A DNA stretch of 64,000 nt, taken from positions 22,991 to 86,990 of the forward strand of contig CAXHJY010000090.1 in assembly GCA_964016885.1 (NCBI GenBank), given 5' to 3'. The stretch comes from Eledone cirrhosa. Taxonomy: Eukaryota. The notes below the pieces were generated by a model that saw only the letters and a program-made list of their open reading frames with translations, had not been told where the DNA came from and made no database searches. Each line of letters starts with the position of its first letter. Position 1 is the first letter of the stretch. Both the position numbers and the translations under genes were made by a program. Below are positions 38,543 through 53,762 of the stretch, one piece after another.

Positions 38543-39746
38543 GCTGTGCTGTGTTCCACATTGCAAAGCAGTGTGTCAATGCAAATCAGGATGTTGTTGG
38601 AGATAAATGTGTCCGGGATGATGACGGTGTACTTAGTGTCACGAATGATCAGAAAAAGGAGGCCTGGAAATGTCATTATGAGAGACTGATGAATGTGGAG
38701 AACGAATGGGAGAGAGAGAAATTACCCTTGGTAGATCTGACAGAGGGACCACCTATTGAGATTGACGAATATAGGGTCCAAGAGGCGATTAGGGAAATGA
38801 AAAATGGTAAGGCTGCCGGACCATCGGGAATAGTTGCTGAGATGGGGGACGTAGGCACTAAACTGGTTGCACGCATCATCAATCAAGCTATATATGGTGG
38901 TGTCATACCCAAAGACTGGTGCAGCAGTATTCTCATAAATTGCTACAAAGGTAAAGGAGATGCTCTGGAGAGGAGCAATTATAGGGGTATAAAACTGATG
39001 TATCAGGTTATGAAAGTGGCAGAAAGGATATTAGCACAACTAATTAGAGAAAGGGTCAAACTAGATGAGATGCAGTTTGGTTTTGTGCCTGGGAAAAGTA
39101 CAGCAGAGACCTTCTTCTTGGTGAGACAATTGCAAGAGAGGTTCTTAGAGAAGAATAAGCCACTATACTTAGCCTTTTTTGACCTAGAGAAGGCCTTTGA
39201 TAGGGTACCCCGATCTGTCATCTGGTGGTCCCTAAGGAAACTAGGTGTTGAGGAATGGTTTGTGAGGACAGTGCAAGCTTTGTACAGAGGTGCTGTCAGT
39301 AAAGTCAGGGTAGGAATGGAGTTTAGTGAGGAATTCCAGATACAAGTAGGAGTACATCAAAGTTCAGTCCTCAGCCCGCTCTTGTTCATTTTAGTCCTCC
39401 AAGCCATAACAGAGGAGTTTAAGACTGGCTGTCCATGGGAACTTCTCTACGCTGACGATCTGGTTCTTATAGCAGGATCAGTAGAGGAGCTAGAGAATAA
39501 ATTCTGGCTATGGAAACAGCAGTTGGAAGCAAGAGGACTGAGAGTGAACCTAGCTAAGACAAAAGTGTCGATGAGTAGAAAAGAGGACAAACTCTGATTC
39601 CGTCAGGGAAATGGCCATGTTCGATATGCAGAAAAGGAACTGGCATAAATTCTATAAAATGCACACAATGCAGATCCTGGGTACACAAGAGATGTAGTGG
39701 GATAGCAGGCAAACTAACAGGTAGGGAGAAATATGTATGCAGGAGA
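38540..39746 (+). pseudogene. RTE-clade reverse transcriptase fragment, truncated at both ends
   Basis: KAAGPSG, NYRGIKL, QFGFVPG, DLEKAFD, VHQSSVLSP, YADD; stop at 39597, followed by a Cys-rich segment (WPCSICRKG...CTQCRSWVHKRC). Confidence 0.92.
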
Positions 39747-40097
39747 TCATCATCATCATCTTCATCATTATCATTTTACATCCGCTTTTTCCCTGCTTGC
39801 AAGGGTGGGACGGGAACTGATTCTGGCTTGATTTCTACAGCTGGATGCCCTTCCTAACACCAACCTCATTTACAGTGAGTGCTGGGTGCTTTTTTTGCCG
39901 TGGCACCTCCACGACCACTTTGCAGTGGAATGATAGGGACCCCAGTCCCTATCATCTCATTTCTACAGCTGAGTAAACTGGAGCAATGTGAAATAAAGTG
40001 TCTTGCTCAAGGAAACAACGCATCACCCGGTCTGAGAATTGAACTCAACCTTTCGATTGCAAGGCCAATGCTCTAACCACTAAGCCATGTGCCTCCA
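39746..40097 (-). mobile_element. Full-length CORE-SINE (family B): tRNA head, CORE, single 48-bp unit, RTE tail
   Basis: Minus strand tggcttagtggttaga (A box), gagttcaattc (B box), CORE-like block; tail shared with the RTE LINE at 40691. Confidence 0.85.
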
Positions 40098-40571
40098 TAT
40101 ATACATATATATATATATCTCCAGGGAGAGTTAGACAGAGTGTAATATAATAATACAAGGACAATTTGTTAAGCCTTCATTACGTTCATAGATTGGTGAC
40201 ACGCGTTTGGCTATTGATCAGCCTGAGGTTCGTTCCATATCAATCTGGCCCCGAATCTAGAATCAAAAACTTGTCGTACCTCTCCTGTTGTAACGACAGA
40301 ATGAACATATATGTATATATATGTAGGAGGTGAGTTTTATCTCGCTCTTTCTCTCTTTCTCTCTCCTTCCTACTTCTTATACTCTTCCTCCGTTATCCTT
40401 TCCTTTTTTTCTTTTTCCTTTCTTCCTCTTCCTTACTTCCTCTTCCTTACTTTTCTCCCTTTCCTTTCCTTTTTTCCAATCTCCTATATCCTTTGAAATT
40501 TATTTATCATATGTTGTTTAGACACTACCTTGCTCACAAGGGTTTTTTTTAAGCTTCATATCATGTCTCCC

Positions 40572-40642
40572 TATTTTATCTGATGAGAACGCAAATATCG
40601 TCCCAGGATGATATTTGTTTTTGAAATGCGCATAATAAAATA
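40572..40642 (+). ncRNA. Type I hammerhead ribozyme motif with long stem II
   Basis: tattttat CTGATGA gaac-gcaaatatc-gtcccaggat-gatatttgt-tttt GAAA tgcgca TA ataaaata; 8-bp stem I, palindromic stem III. Confidence 0.85.
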
Positions 40643-40690
40643 CATGGAACTTTTTTAACCATCTTTTAATTTCTTCTTATACATATATAT

Positions 40691-41022
40691 ATCATCATCA
40701 TCATCATCATCATCATACATCCGCTTTTCCCTGCTTGCAAGGGTTGGGTGGGTCCTCTTCAGTAAAACATCTCTCCATGTGTCACGGTCCTTCATCATCT
40801 CCTCCGTGAGCTTCAGCAATCTGAGGTCGGCTCTCACCACCTCCGCCCATGATTTACGTGGTCTTTCTCAAATGCGTCTTCCTTTCTACCGGGATTTCTT
40901 GGCACTCCTTCCCCCCAGCTGTCATCCCCCATTCGCATCATGTGTCCACACCATCGCAGTCTTCTCACCCGCACACTAAAGCCTATCCCTCTTACACACA
41001 GTTTCTCTCTCAACTCATCTAT
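40691..41022 (-). mobile_element. 5'-truncated RTE LINE 3' end with (GAT)n tail
   Basis: Encodes [28 protein letters not shown]...[22 protein letters not shown]. Confidence 0.85.
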
Positions 41023-41023
41023 A

Positions 41024-43680
<2,657 letters not shown>

Positions 43681-44248
43681 AGACTATTGGGAAAAAACTA
43701 GAAATTTGTACCAAGCAAAACAATGATGTTCCATTAACAAGTTGAGAATAAAACTTAAACATAATCAATGTTTACTTGATTGAAGAAGTCCTGATCTTAA
43801 TTCTACTTGAAAAAATATCTTTCTCACTCTGTCTATTGATCTATCTGTTTGTGTGCCTTTCTATCTATCTGTTTCTCTCTCTCTATCTATCTATCTATAT
43901 AAGCAGAAGGGATATTCAATTTGTTGGTAATTCAACAAATATAAATGTTTATAACTGATTCAGAGCACTCAACAATTTTCTGGAGTATAATATTCAATGA
44001 TATTAAATAAATGGAAACTATATTTATAAAACCATATTTATTCTATTATATATATTTCAAGGGTACCAAAAAACTTTGGTACGCTCTCATCAGATAAAAT
44101 ACAAAGTGCGTTTTATAAATTTTGACATAACCAAGGAACATACCTTATCAGTTGAAGGTTTCCTTAGATATATCTGTGTATTTGTCTGTCTGTTGTCTGT
44201 TTGTGTGTCTTTCTATCTATCTGACTATCTCTCTGTCTATCTATATAT

Positions 44249-44614
44249 CTTTCAAATACCACTTTGGAAGAAGAGTCAGGATGGAGAGAGAGGTGTTGTA
44301 CCCCAGCAAATTTTATAAAAGGTGGGTGAATGTGGCAAAGATGGCCCGAGTGGTTGGGCCTTCTCTCTATATAAACCTGTAGATTGAGGAAAAAGAGGAA
44401 GAGAGAAAGGGAGTACTCACTCTTGGTGCTCCTGGAGATGAGGGTTGTACATTTTTTCGGGGTGTGTACAACCACTGTGTAACACCTCCCCCCTATTGGG
44501 GATTTCAATTGTTATTTGTTATTTTATTAATAGTTTTATTTTCATAGACCTGTATGTAAACTCCCCATTTGTATTTGTCCCCTTTTTTTGTGCCCTTGTG
44601 GCTAATAAAGGAAT
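44249..44614 (+). mobile_element. 5'-truncated copy of the Tx1-type LINE
   Basis: FKYHFGRRVRMEREVLYPSKFYKRWV matches the ORF2 C-terminus; homologous 3' UTR to aataaag. Confidence 0.9.
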
Positions 44615-44966
44615 TATAGCAAAATACTAGTGTGTATGAGTATAACAAGGAGAAGTGGTTTGTGTGTATAATATTTAATAAACAATTTGTGGATATATAG
44701 AACAGTATAGTTGACATGTCAATGAATAGATGAAAGAATGAAGCAAAGTTATTAGTTACCGTTTTGATTGCCAGGCAAACGCGGCTGGCAGAAGACGCCT
44801 GGCTAAGGCCAGGCGCCGGAAGGGCAAATGAGAGTTAGAAAACTTAAAGTTGTTAGTTTTATAGGGTTCTGACCGGAAGTTACAGAAAGGGTTCTACTTC
44901 CTGTCTAGAGAGCGTTAATCTATTGGGGATGTGAGTGTCACAACAAGGGAGACAACTCCTGCTACA
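44615..44966. mobile_element. Probable solo LTR inserted at the Tx1 3' end
   Basis: Ends tatagca...tgctaca (degenerate TG...CA inverted termini); flanks gaat/aaat. Confidence 0.45.
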
Positions 44967-45145
44967 AAATCTATCTATCTACCTGCCTGTCTGCCTATCT
45001 TTCTATGTATCTGTCTATCTTTCTGTCTGTGTTCATCTGTCTATCAGTCATCTATCTATCCATCAATCTATTGGTCTATCTATCTGTCTATCTAACTTAC
45101 TGTCTGTTGGTGTCTATCTATCCGTCTTTTATCCTTCCATCTGTC

Positions 45146-45195
<50 letters not shown>

Positions 45196-45203
45196 CCTAT
45201 ATA

Positions 45204-45915
45204 GGTAGGGACCCCGCCAAAAAGATCTGTCCCAGATGCGTGTGTGACGAGGAAACCGTTGCACACGCATTGGTACACTGCTCGGGTGTAGCCGATCTGT
45301 GGGGCTATGTCGAACAACTGCTGTCAAGGGTGGGACCGATCCGGTTGACCACTGAGTCTATTGTAATGATCAAGCCGCCTCCCCCCTTCAAAGATGAAGC
45401 AGAAGCGGTGTTTCTGTGCGTAATAGCCATGGCGAAAGAGGTTGTATGGTGGACGCGTCTGAAAGGACTGAGGTCAGGCACCTTTCTCTCTGGCCAACAA
45501 CTGGTCCGTTTCTTCCGTTATCATTTCGGAAGAAGGATCAGGATGGAGAGAGAGGTGCTGCACCCCAGCCGTTTCTATGAAAGATGGGTGAAAGTGGCGA
45601 GAATGGCCCGTGTGAATGGGCCTTCACTCTACATCAGACTATAGGTGAGGAAGATGAAAGACCAAGGGAGCACCCCTTCTCTGTGCTCCTGAGGAGAAGG
45701 GTTGCACACTTTTTTTCGGGGGTGTGTGCGACCCCCCAAGGCGCCTCCTCCCTATTGAGGATTTTGTTATAAAATTTATTTTGTTATATTTTATTTTATT
45801 TTTATACTTTTATATCTTGTTATTGCCTCCTCCATATTGAGGACGCCTTTGCATGTAAACTCCCCCCTTTGTACTTGCCCCACTTTTGATGCCCTGGTGT
45901 CAAATAAAAAGAAAG
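45204..45915 (+). mobile_element. 5'-truncated copy of the Tx1-type LINE in (CTAT)n
   Basis: CDEETVAHALVHC...ARVNGPSLYI closely matches ORF2; 3' UTR ends aataaaaagaaag. Confidence 0.93.
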
Positions 45916-46257
45916 TTATCTATCTAGCTAGCTAGCTTGTCTGTCTGTCTGTCTATCTAACTATCTATCTACCTACCTATCCATCTGTCTATACATCTAT
46001 CTGTCTGTCAGTCTGTCTGGTCAGGAACTAACTAATTACTAAACCACACACCTTCACTATATCCTTACATTTTAATTTAATCTATAATTTCCCAACCATA
46101 GTTGGGTTGTGTGTAGATCAGGGGTGTGCAACAGGTGGCCCGTGGGCCACAACAGTCCAGCCAGACCAGTCAGAGTGGCCCGCAATGACCTTTTTTAATT
46201 TTTACCGTGTAGGCTTATTTAGAATTTTTTTGTTAACCATAATACAATTTCCTGTTA

Positions 46258-49200
46258 GTTGACCTACTATACTTAAGGGCTTCACTGATAGGGTCATGTG
46301 TGTTATAATTGCCCAGTTGACCTATACTAAAGGGCTTCACTGATAGGGTCATGTGTGTTATAATTGCCCAGTTGACCTATACTAAAGGGCTTCAGTGATA
46401 GGGTCATGTGTGTTATAATTGCCCAGTTGACCTATACTAAAGGGCTTCACTGATAGGGTAATGTGTGTTATAATTGCCCAGTTGACCTATACTAAAGGGC
46501 TTCACTGATAGGGTCATGTGTGTTATAATTGCCCAGTTGACCTATACTAAAGGGCTTCAGTGATAGGGTCATGTGTGTTATAATTGCCCAGTTGACCTAT
46601 ACTAAAGGGCTTCACTGATAGGGTTATGTGTGTTATAATTGCCCAGTTGACCTATACTAAAGGGCTTCACTGATAGGGTCATGTGTGTTATAATTGCCCA
46701 GTTGACCTATACTAACGGGCTTCACTGATAGGGTCATGTGTGTTATAATTGCCCAGTTGACCTATACTAAAGGGCTTCACTGATAGGGTCATGTGTGTTA
46801 TAATTGCCCAGTTGACCTATGCTAAAGGGCTTCATTGATAGGGTCATGTGTGTTATAATTGCCCAGTTGACCTATACTAAAGGGCTTCACTGATAGGGTC
46901 ATGTGTGTTATAATTTCCAGTTGACCTATACTAAAGGGCTTCACTGATAGGGTTATATGTGTTATAATTGCCCAGTTGACCTATACTAAAGGGCTTCACT
47001 GATAGGGTCATGTGTGTTATAATTGCCCTGTTGACCTACTATACTAAAGGGCTTCACTGATAGGGTCATGTGTGTTATAATTGCCCAGTTGACCTACTAT
47101 ACTAAAGGGCTTCACTGATAGGGTCATGTGTGTTATAATTGCCCAGTTGACCTACTATACTAAAGGGCTTCACTGATAGGGTCATGTGTGTTATAATTGC
47201 CCAGTTGACCTACTATACTAAAGGGCTTCACTGATAGGGTTATGTGTTATAATTGCCCAGTTGACCTATACTAAAGGGCTTCACTGATAGGGTTATGTGT
47301 GTTATAATTGCCCAGTTGACCTATACTAAAGGGCTTCACTGATAGGGTTATGTGTTATAATTACCCAGTTGACATATACTAAAGGGCTTCACTGATAGGG
47401 TTATGTGTGTTATAATTGCCCAGTTGACCTATACTAAAGGGCTTCACTGATAGGGTTATGTGTGTTATAATTGCCCAGTTGACCTACTATACTAAAGGGC
47501 TTCACTGATAGGGTCATGTGTGTTATAATTGCCCAGTTGACCTATAGTAAAGGGCTTCACTGATAGGGTTATGTGTGTTATAATTGCCCAGTTGACCTAC
47601 TATACTAAAGGGCTTCACTGATAGGGTCATGTGTGTTATAATTGCCCAGTTGACCTATAGTAAAGGGCTTCACTGATAGGGTTATGTGTGTTATAATTGC
47701 CCAGTTGACCTACTATACTAAAGGGCTTCACTGATAGGGTTATGTGCGTTATAATTGCCCAGTTGACCTATAGTAAAGGGCTTCACTGATAGGGTTATGT
47801 GTGTTATAATTTCCCAATTGACCTATACTAAAGGACTTCACTGATAGGGTCATGTGTGTTATAATTGCCCAGTTGACCTATACTAAAGGGCTTCACTGAT
47901 AGGGTTATGTGTGTTATAATTTTCCAATTGACCTATACTAAAGGACTTCACTGATAGGGTCATGTGTGTTATAATTGCCCAGTTGACCTATACTAAAGGG
48001 CTTCACTGATAGGGTTATGAGTGTTATAATTGCCCAGTGGACCTATACTAAAGGGCTTCACTGATAGGGTCATGTGTGTTATAATTTCCCAGTTGACCTA
48101 TACTAAAGGGCTTCACTGATAGGGTTATGTGTTATAATTGCCCAGTTGACCTATACTAAAGGGCTTCACTGATAGGGTTATGTGTGTTATAATTGCCCAG
48201 TTGACCTATACTAAAGGGCTTCACTGATAGGGTTATGTGTTATAATTACCCAGTTGACCTATACTAAAGGGCTTCACTGATAGGGTTATGTGTGTTATAA
48301 TTGCCCAGTTGACCTATACTAAAGGGCTTCACTGATAGGGTTATGTTTGTTATAATTGCCCAGTTGACCTACTATACTAAAGGGCTTCACTGATAGGGTC
48401 ATGTGTGTTATAATTGCCCAGTTGACCTATAGTAAAGGGCTTCACTGATAGGGTTATGTGTGTTATAATTGCCCAGTTGACCTACTATACTAAAGGGCTT
48501 CACTGATAGGGTCATGTGTGTTATAATTGCCCAGTTGACCTATAGTAAAGGGCTTCACTGATAGGGTTATGTGTGTTATAATTGCCCAGTTGACCTACTA
48601 TACTAAAGGGCTTCACTGATAGGGTTATGTGCGTTATAATTGCCCAGTTGACCTATAGTAAAGGGCTTCACTGATAGGGTTATGTGTGTTATAATTTCCC
48701 AATTGACCTATACTAAAGGACTTCACTGATAGGGTCATGTGTGTTATAATTGCCCAGTTGACCTATACTAAAGGGCTTCACTGATAGGGTTATGTGTGTT
48801 ATAATTTCCCAATTGACCTATACTAAAGGACTTCACTGATAGGGTCATGTGTGTTATAATTGCCCAGTTGACCTATACTAAAGGGCTTCACTGATAGGGT
48901 TATGTGTGTTATAATTTCCCAATTGACCTATACTAAAGGACTACACTGATAGGGTCATGTGTGTTATAATTGCCCAGTTGACCTATACTAAAGGGCTTTA
49001 CTGATAGGGTCATGTGTGTTATAATTTCCCAGTTGACCTATACTAAAGGGCTTCACTGATAGGGTTATGTGTGTTATAATTGCCCAGTTGACCTATACTA
49101 AAGGGCTTCACTGATAGGGTTATGTGTGTTATAATTTCCCAGTTGACCTACTATACTAAAGGGCTTCACTGATAGGGTTATGTGTGTTATAATTGCCCAG

Positions 49201-50210
49201 TTGACCTACTATACTAAAGGGCTTCACTGATAGGGTCAGGTGTGTTATAATTTCCCAGTTGACCTATACTAAAGGGCTTCACTGATAGGGTTATGTGTGT
49301 TATAATTGCCCAGTTGACCTACTATACTAAAGGGCTTCACTGATAGGGTCATGTGTGTTATAATTTCCCAGTTGACCTATACTAAAGGGCTTCACTGATA
49401 GGGTCATGTGTGTTATAATTTCCCAGTTGACCTACTATACTAAAGGGCTTCACTGATAGGGTTATGTGTGTTATAATTGCCCAGTTGACCTACTATACTA
49501 AAGGGCTTCACTGATAGTGTCATGTGTGTTATAATTGCCCAGTTGACCTATACTAAAGGGGTTCACTGATAGGGTTATGTGTGTTATAATTGCCCAGTTG
49601 ACCTATACTAAAGGGGTTCACTGATAGGGTTATGTGTGTTATAATTGCCCAGTTGACCTATACTAAAGGGGTTCACTGATAGGGTTATGTGTGTTATAAT
49701 TTCCCAGTTGACCTATACTAAAGGGCTTCATTGATAGGGTCATGTGTGTTATAATTGCCCAGTTGACCTATACTAAAGGGCTTCACTGATAGGGTCATGT
49801 GTGTTATAATTGCCCAGTTGACCTACTATACTAAAGGGCTTCACTGATAGCGTCATGTGTGTTATAATTTCCCAGTTGACCTATACTAAAGGGGTTCACT
49901 GATAGGGTCATGTGTGTTATAATTGCCCAGTTGACCTATACTAAAGGGCTTCACTGATAGGGTTATGTGTGTTATAATTTCCCAGTTGACCTATACTAAA
50001 GGGCTTCACTGATAGGGTTATGTGTGTTATAATTTCCCAGTTGACCTATACTAAAGGGCTTCACTGATAGGGTTATGTGTGTTATAATTGCCCAGTTGAC
50101 CTATACTAAAGGGCTTCACTGATAGGGTTATGTGTGTTATAATTTCCCAGTTGGCCTATACTAAAGGGCTTCACTGATAGGGTTATGTGCGTTATTATAA
50201 TTTCCCAGTT
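46258..50210 (+). repeat. 55-bp minisatellite (about 70 units, with 53- and 58-bp variants)
   Basis: Unit gttgacctatactaaagggcttcactgatagggtcatgtgtgttataattgccca. Confidence 0.95.
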
Positions 50211-50251
50211 CCATGTTATGGAAAGAATCTTTGGAATTGTGCTTAATAAAT

Positions 50252-50432
50252 ATTAATTGTTTCTACTTTAGGCACAAGGCCAGCAATTACCCCAGTGCAT
50301 TACTGGTACTTTATTTTATCGACCCCGTAAGGATGAAAGGCAAAGTCAACCTTGGCGGGATTTGAACTCAGATCGTAAAGGGACGTAACTATGCTGGAAA
50401 GCATGGCGTCCGACCCTCTACCGATACTGCCA
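50252..50432 (-). mobile_element. tRNA-derived SINE, family A
   Basis: Reverse complement of 1870-2060. Confidence 0.85.
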
Positions 50433-50694
50433 ATGGCCTTAATAGTGGTTCCAATGTTCAAAAGGGGCCCGCTGATGGAATATGTTGCACACCCCTAGTT
50501 TAGAGCATCTGGCCTCTGATGAAAGACCATCCAGTTGTGACCATCATTTCTTTTCAGGAATTGGACAACTATTCATTGTGCATCAATTATATATTATGCA
50601 ATATACTACAGTATTTAGGTTATCCAATATACCTGATCAATCAAATTAGTTGTCAAGATCTCAGAATCAATCAATTACCAAGTGAGATGGAACT

Positions 50695-51392
50695 CATCAG
50701 ATCAGACCAAGGAAACAATATTTCCATTGGTCTTTCCATTGTTGATACTAGCTACTATCTACCGGTCGCAACACCTAGTAGAAAGAGCAACATGAAATAA
50801 AGTGTCTTGCTCAAGGTAATAACAACAGCCAGACCAGGAATTGAACTATCTAACCCCTAAGCCACACACCTTCACTATATCCTTACATTTTAATTTAATC
50901 AATAATTTCCCAACCATAATTAAGTTGTGTTTAGATCATCAGTCGGTTTTAATGTGGCCTCTAATCAAAGACAATCCAGTTGTGACCATCATTTCTTTTT
51001 AAAAATTATATAATCGTGGATTATACATCAATTATACATTATCCAATGTATTATATTATCTAGATTCTCCCATATACCTAGTAAAATGGTGATGCCCCAG
51101 CATGGCCTCATCCTCTTGGCTGGAACATGTAATAGAGTAATATTGATCAATTGAATTAATCACCAAGAACCCAAACATTAATCAATTACCAAGTGAGATG
51201 GAACTCATCAGATCAGACCAAAGAAACAATATTTCCATTGGTCTTTCCATTGCTGATACTATCTATTATCTACCGGTCGCAACACCTAGTAGAAAGAGCA
51301 ACATGAAATAAAGTGTCTTGCTCAAGGACATAACACATCACCCTGACCAGGAATCGAACTCACAACCTCACGATTGTGAATCAAATTCTCTA
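50695..51392 (-). mobile_element. Two CORE-SINE (family C) copies within a local tandem duplication (about 50695-50870 and 51205-51392)
   Basis: catgaaataaagtgtcttgctcaagg CORE block occurs twice; homologous to 54590-54800. Confidence 0.7.
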
Positions 51393-51399
51393 ACCACCA

Positions 51400-51905
51400 A
51401 TATAACCAACAGATACAAAACAGATATATAGTTTTCTTATTCTTGTGACGCCAAACTCCACCAGTTGCAGACTGCACATCAACATGTGATATCTCTCTCT
51501 CCACAAAGTTTGATCACCAACAGCAGAGTTCAAAGAGTAAAGATCAAGTCCAGTCCATAAGTTGACATTGTCAAGCCATCGTTTTGGCTGCTGGCCTCTA
51601 CTTCTCTCACCAGCCAACCATCCTTCCAGGCATAACCTACTCACACCACGAGTTGATCTTTTTATATGACCATATAGTTTGAGTACTCTTGACTTGACAA
51701 TTGATGTAATTGGTCTAAGTCTGGTAATGTTGAGCAGCTCACTGATACAGATACAGTTGCTGAGCCGCTTGCCAGTCATAAGTCTCATGATGTGGTTCTG
51801 AAATGTAGAGAGCTTCTGAAGTGACCTTGTCGTCCAATTAACACAGTCAAGACCATATAACACAACTGGTAGGATGTAAGTATCAAAGATCTTAGCCTTC
51901 AAATG
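51400..51905 (-). pseudogene. RTE-like LINE ORF C-terminal fragment
   Basis: ILPVVLYGLDCVNW...LKLYGHIKR...RSRGQQPKRWLD. Confidence 0.8.
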
Positions 51906-51924
51906 ACATATAGTTACTTGTAAC

Positions 51925-52138
51925 TTAACCCTTTAACATTTACATTACTCTATATATACTATGGTATTTTCATGGTAAACACTTTGTCTCACATAATATC
52001 GAATCTATGAGCTTTTTATATTATTTATTTTGAGAACAATTCCTTAACATAAGTATGAATGGCCAGTTACAGCTGGTTTGAACAGAAAGGTGAGAGAGTT
52101 CTGGCAGGATATGGCCGGTTTAAATGCTAACGGGTTAA
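51925..52138 (+). mobile_element. Single unamplified piggyBac-type MITE (206 bp) with TTAA TSDs
   Basis: TTAA-CCCTTTAACATTTA...TAAATGCTAACGGG-TTAA. Confidence 0.88.
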
Positions 52139-53020
52139 ATAACAAACCATTATTGTGAGGTGGGGTTTAGTTGATCATGTCATCTTTAATATTTAATTCT
52201 AAAGTCTGTCTTGAGCCCAGAGATTCATCAGTTTGCAGTGGAGGGAGCAGACTGTGGTGGGGTGGAGCAGGCTGTGGAGGGGTGGGGGAGCAGTTTTGGG
52301 TGATGGGATGGGAACAGATTGGTGGAGGAGCAAGTTTGGGTGATGTGGAGGGGTCAGGCTGAGGTGGTGGCGGAGGGAGCAGGTTTGGGCGATGGGGTGG
52401 GAGCAGGCTGGGATGGAGGGAGCAGACTAGAGTGTGGAGGGAGGGGAGCAAACTGGATTGGGGGGGGGGGGGGGGTACACTTTGCAGTGGGGAGCAGGCT
52501 AGGGTGTTGAGGGTGCAGGGTTGGGTGAGGTGAGGTGAACTGGGGTGGGGAATAGATTTGGATACAAAAAATCCATCATCTGTCTGGTCAATATCTTATG
52601 CGGTCATCTTTCTGCAGACACAGTTCAATGCTCAATGCACCAGCCCATTTACCCACCACCACTACCGCCACCGCCACCCCCTCTCTCTACAGAACCGCCA
52701 CCGCCACCCCTTCCCCCCTCTCTCTACAGATGAACTCTCCTAATTGATACCAACCAATCAATCAATACTTCTTTATCTCATGCAAGTATGATAAATATTG
52801 TGAATTAGGTGTAGATTTGTGATTAGCTTCTTCCGACTGTTCAATAAGTACAGTTTTATTATGTTGTTGTTGTTGTTGTTGTGGATGGGGTGCGGTGAGA
52901 GAGGAGGAGATATTATTGTTTTTATGGGAGGGGGCGATATTGTTCTTTTTTTTTCTTTTCTTCCTTCTTTTTAGGGGGAAGAGTGAGTGTATTGTTTTTT
53001 ATGAGGGGGTATTATTATTC

Positions 53021-53762
53021 TGGCAGTATCGATAGAGCGTTGGACAACATGCTGTGAGGCATAGAGTTACGTCCCTTTACGGTCTGAGTTCAAGTCCCGC
53101 CGAGGTTAACTTTGCTTTTCATCCTTAGGATTGGCAGTATCGGTAGAGAGTTGGACGCCATGCTTTGTAGCATAGAGTTACGCCCCTTTATGATCTGAGT
53201 TCAAATCCCGCCGAGGTTAACTTTTCCTTTCATCCTTACGAGGTCGATAAAATAAAGTACCAGTAATGTACTGCGGTAATTGCTGGCCTTGTGCCAAAAG
53301 TAGAAACAATTGTTATTATTATTATTATTATTATTATTAGGGCAGTGGATTGGCAGTATCAGTAGAGGGTCGGACGCCATGCTTTCCAGCATAGAGTTAT
53401 GGCCCTTTACGATTTGAGTTCAAATCCTGCCGAGGTTGACTTTGCCTTTCATCCTTACAGGGTTGATAAAATAAAGTACCAGTAATGCACTGGGTAATTG
53501 CTGGCCTTGTGCCTAAAGTAGAAACAATTATTATTATTATTAGGGCAGTGGATTGGCAGTATCGGTAGAGGGTTGGATGCCATGCTTAGCAGCATAGAGT
53601 TATGTCCCTTTACGTTCTGAGTTCAAATCCCGCCAAGATTAACTTTGCCTTTCATCCTTACGAGGTCGATAAAATAAAATACCAGTCACGCACTGGAGTC
53701 GATTTAATCGACTTTCCCCTCCCCCAAAATTGCTGGCCTTGTGCCTATATAAGAAACCATTA
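53021..53762 (+). mobile_element. Head-to-tail cluster of four family A SINEs
   Basis: tggcagtatc heads at about 53021, 53132, 53351 and 53554, separated by (ATT)n tails. Confidence 0.85.

Larger units (their letters stand above)
46119..50497. mobile_element. Non-autonomous hAT-type element carrying a 55-bp satellite and a nested SINE
   Basis: TIRs caggggtgtgcaaca / tgttgcacaccccta; subterminal ggcccg motifs; 8-bp TSD gtgtagat / gtttagag. Confidence 0.85.
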
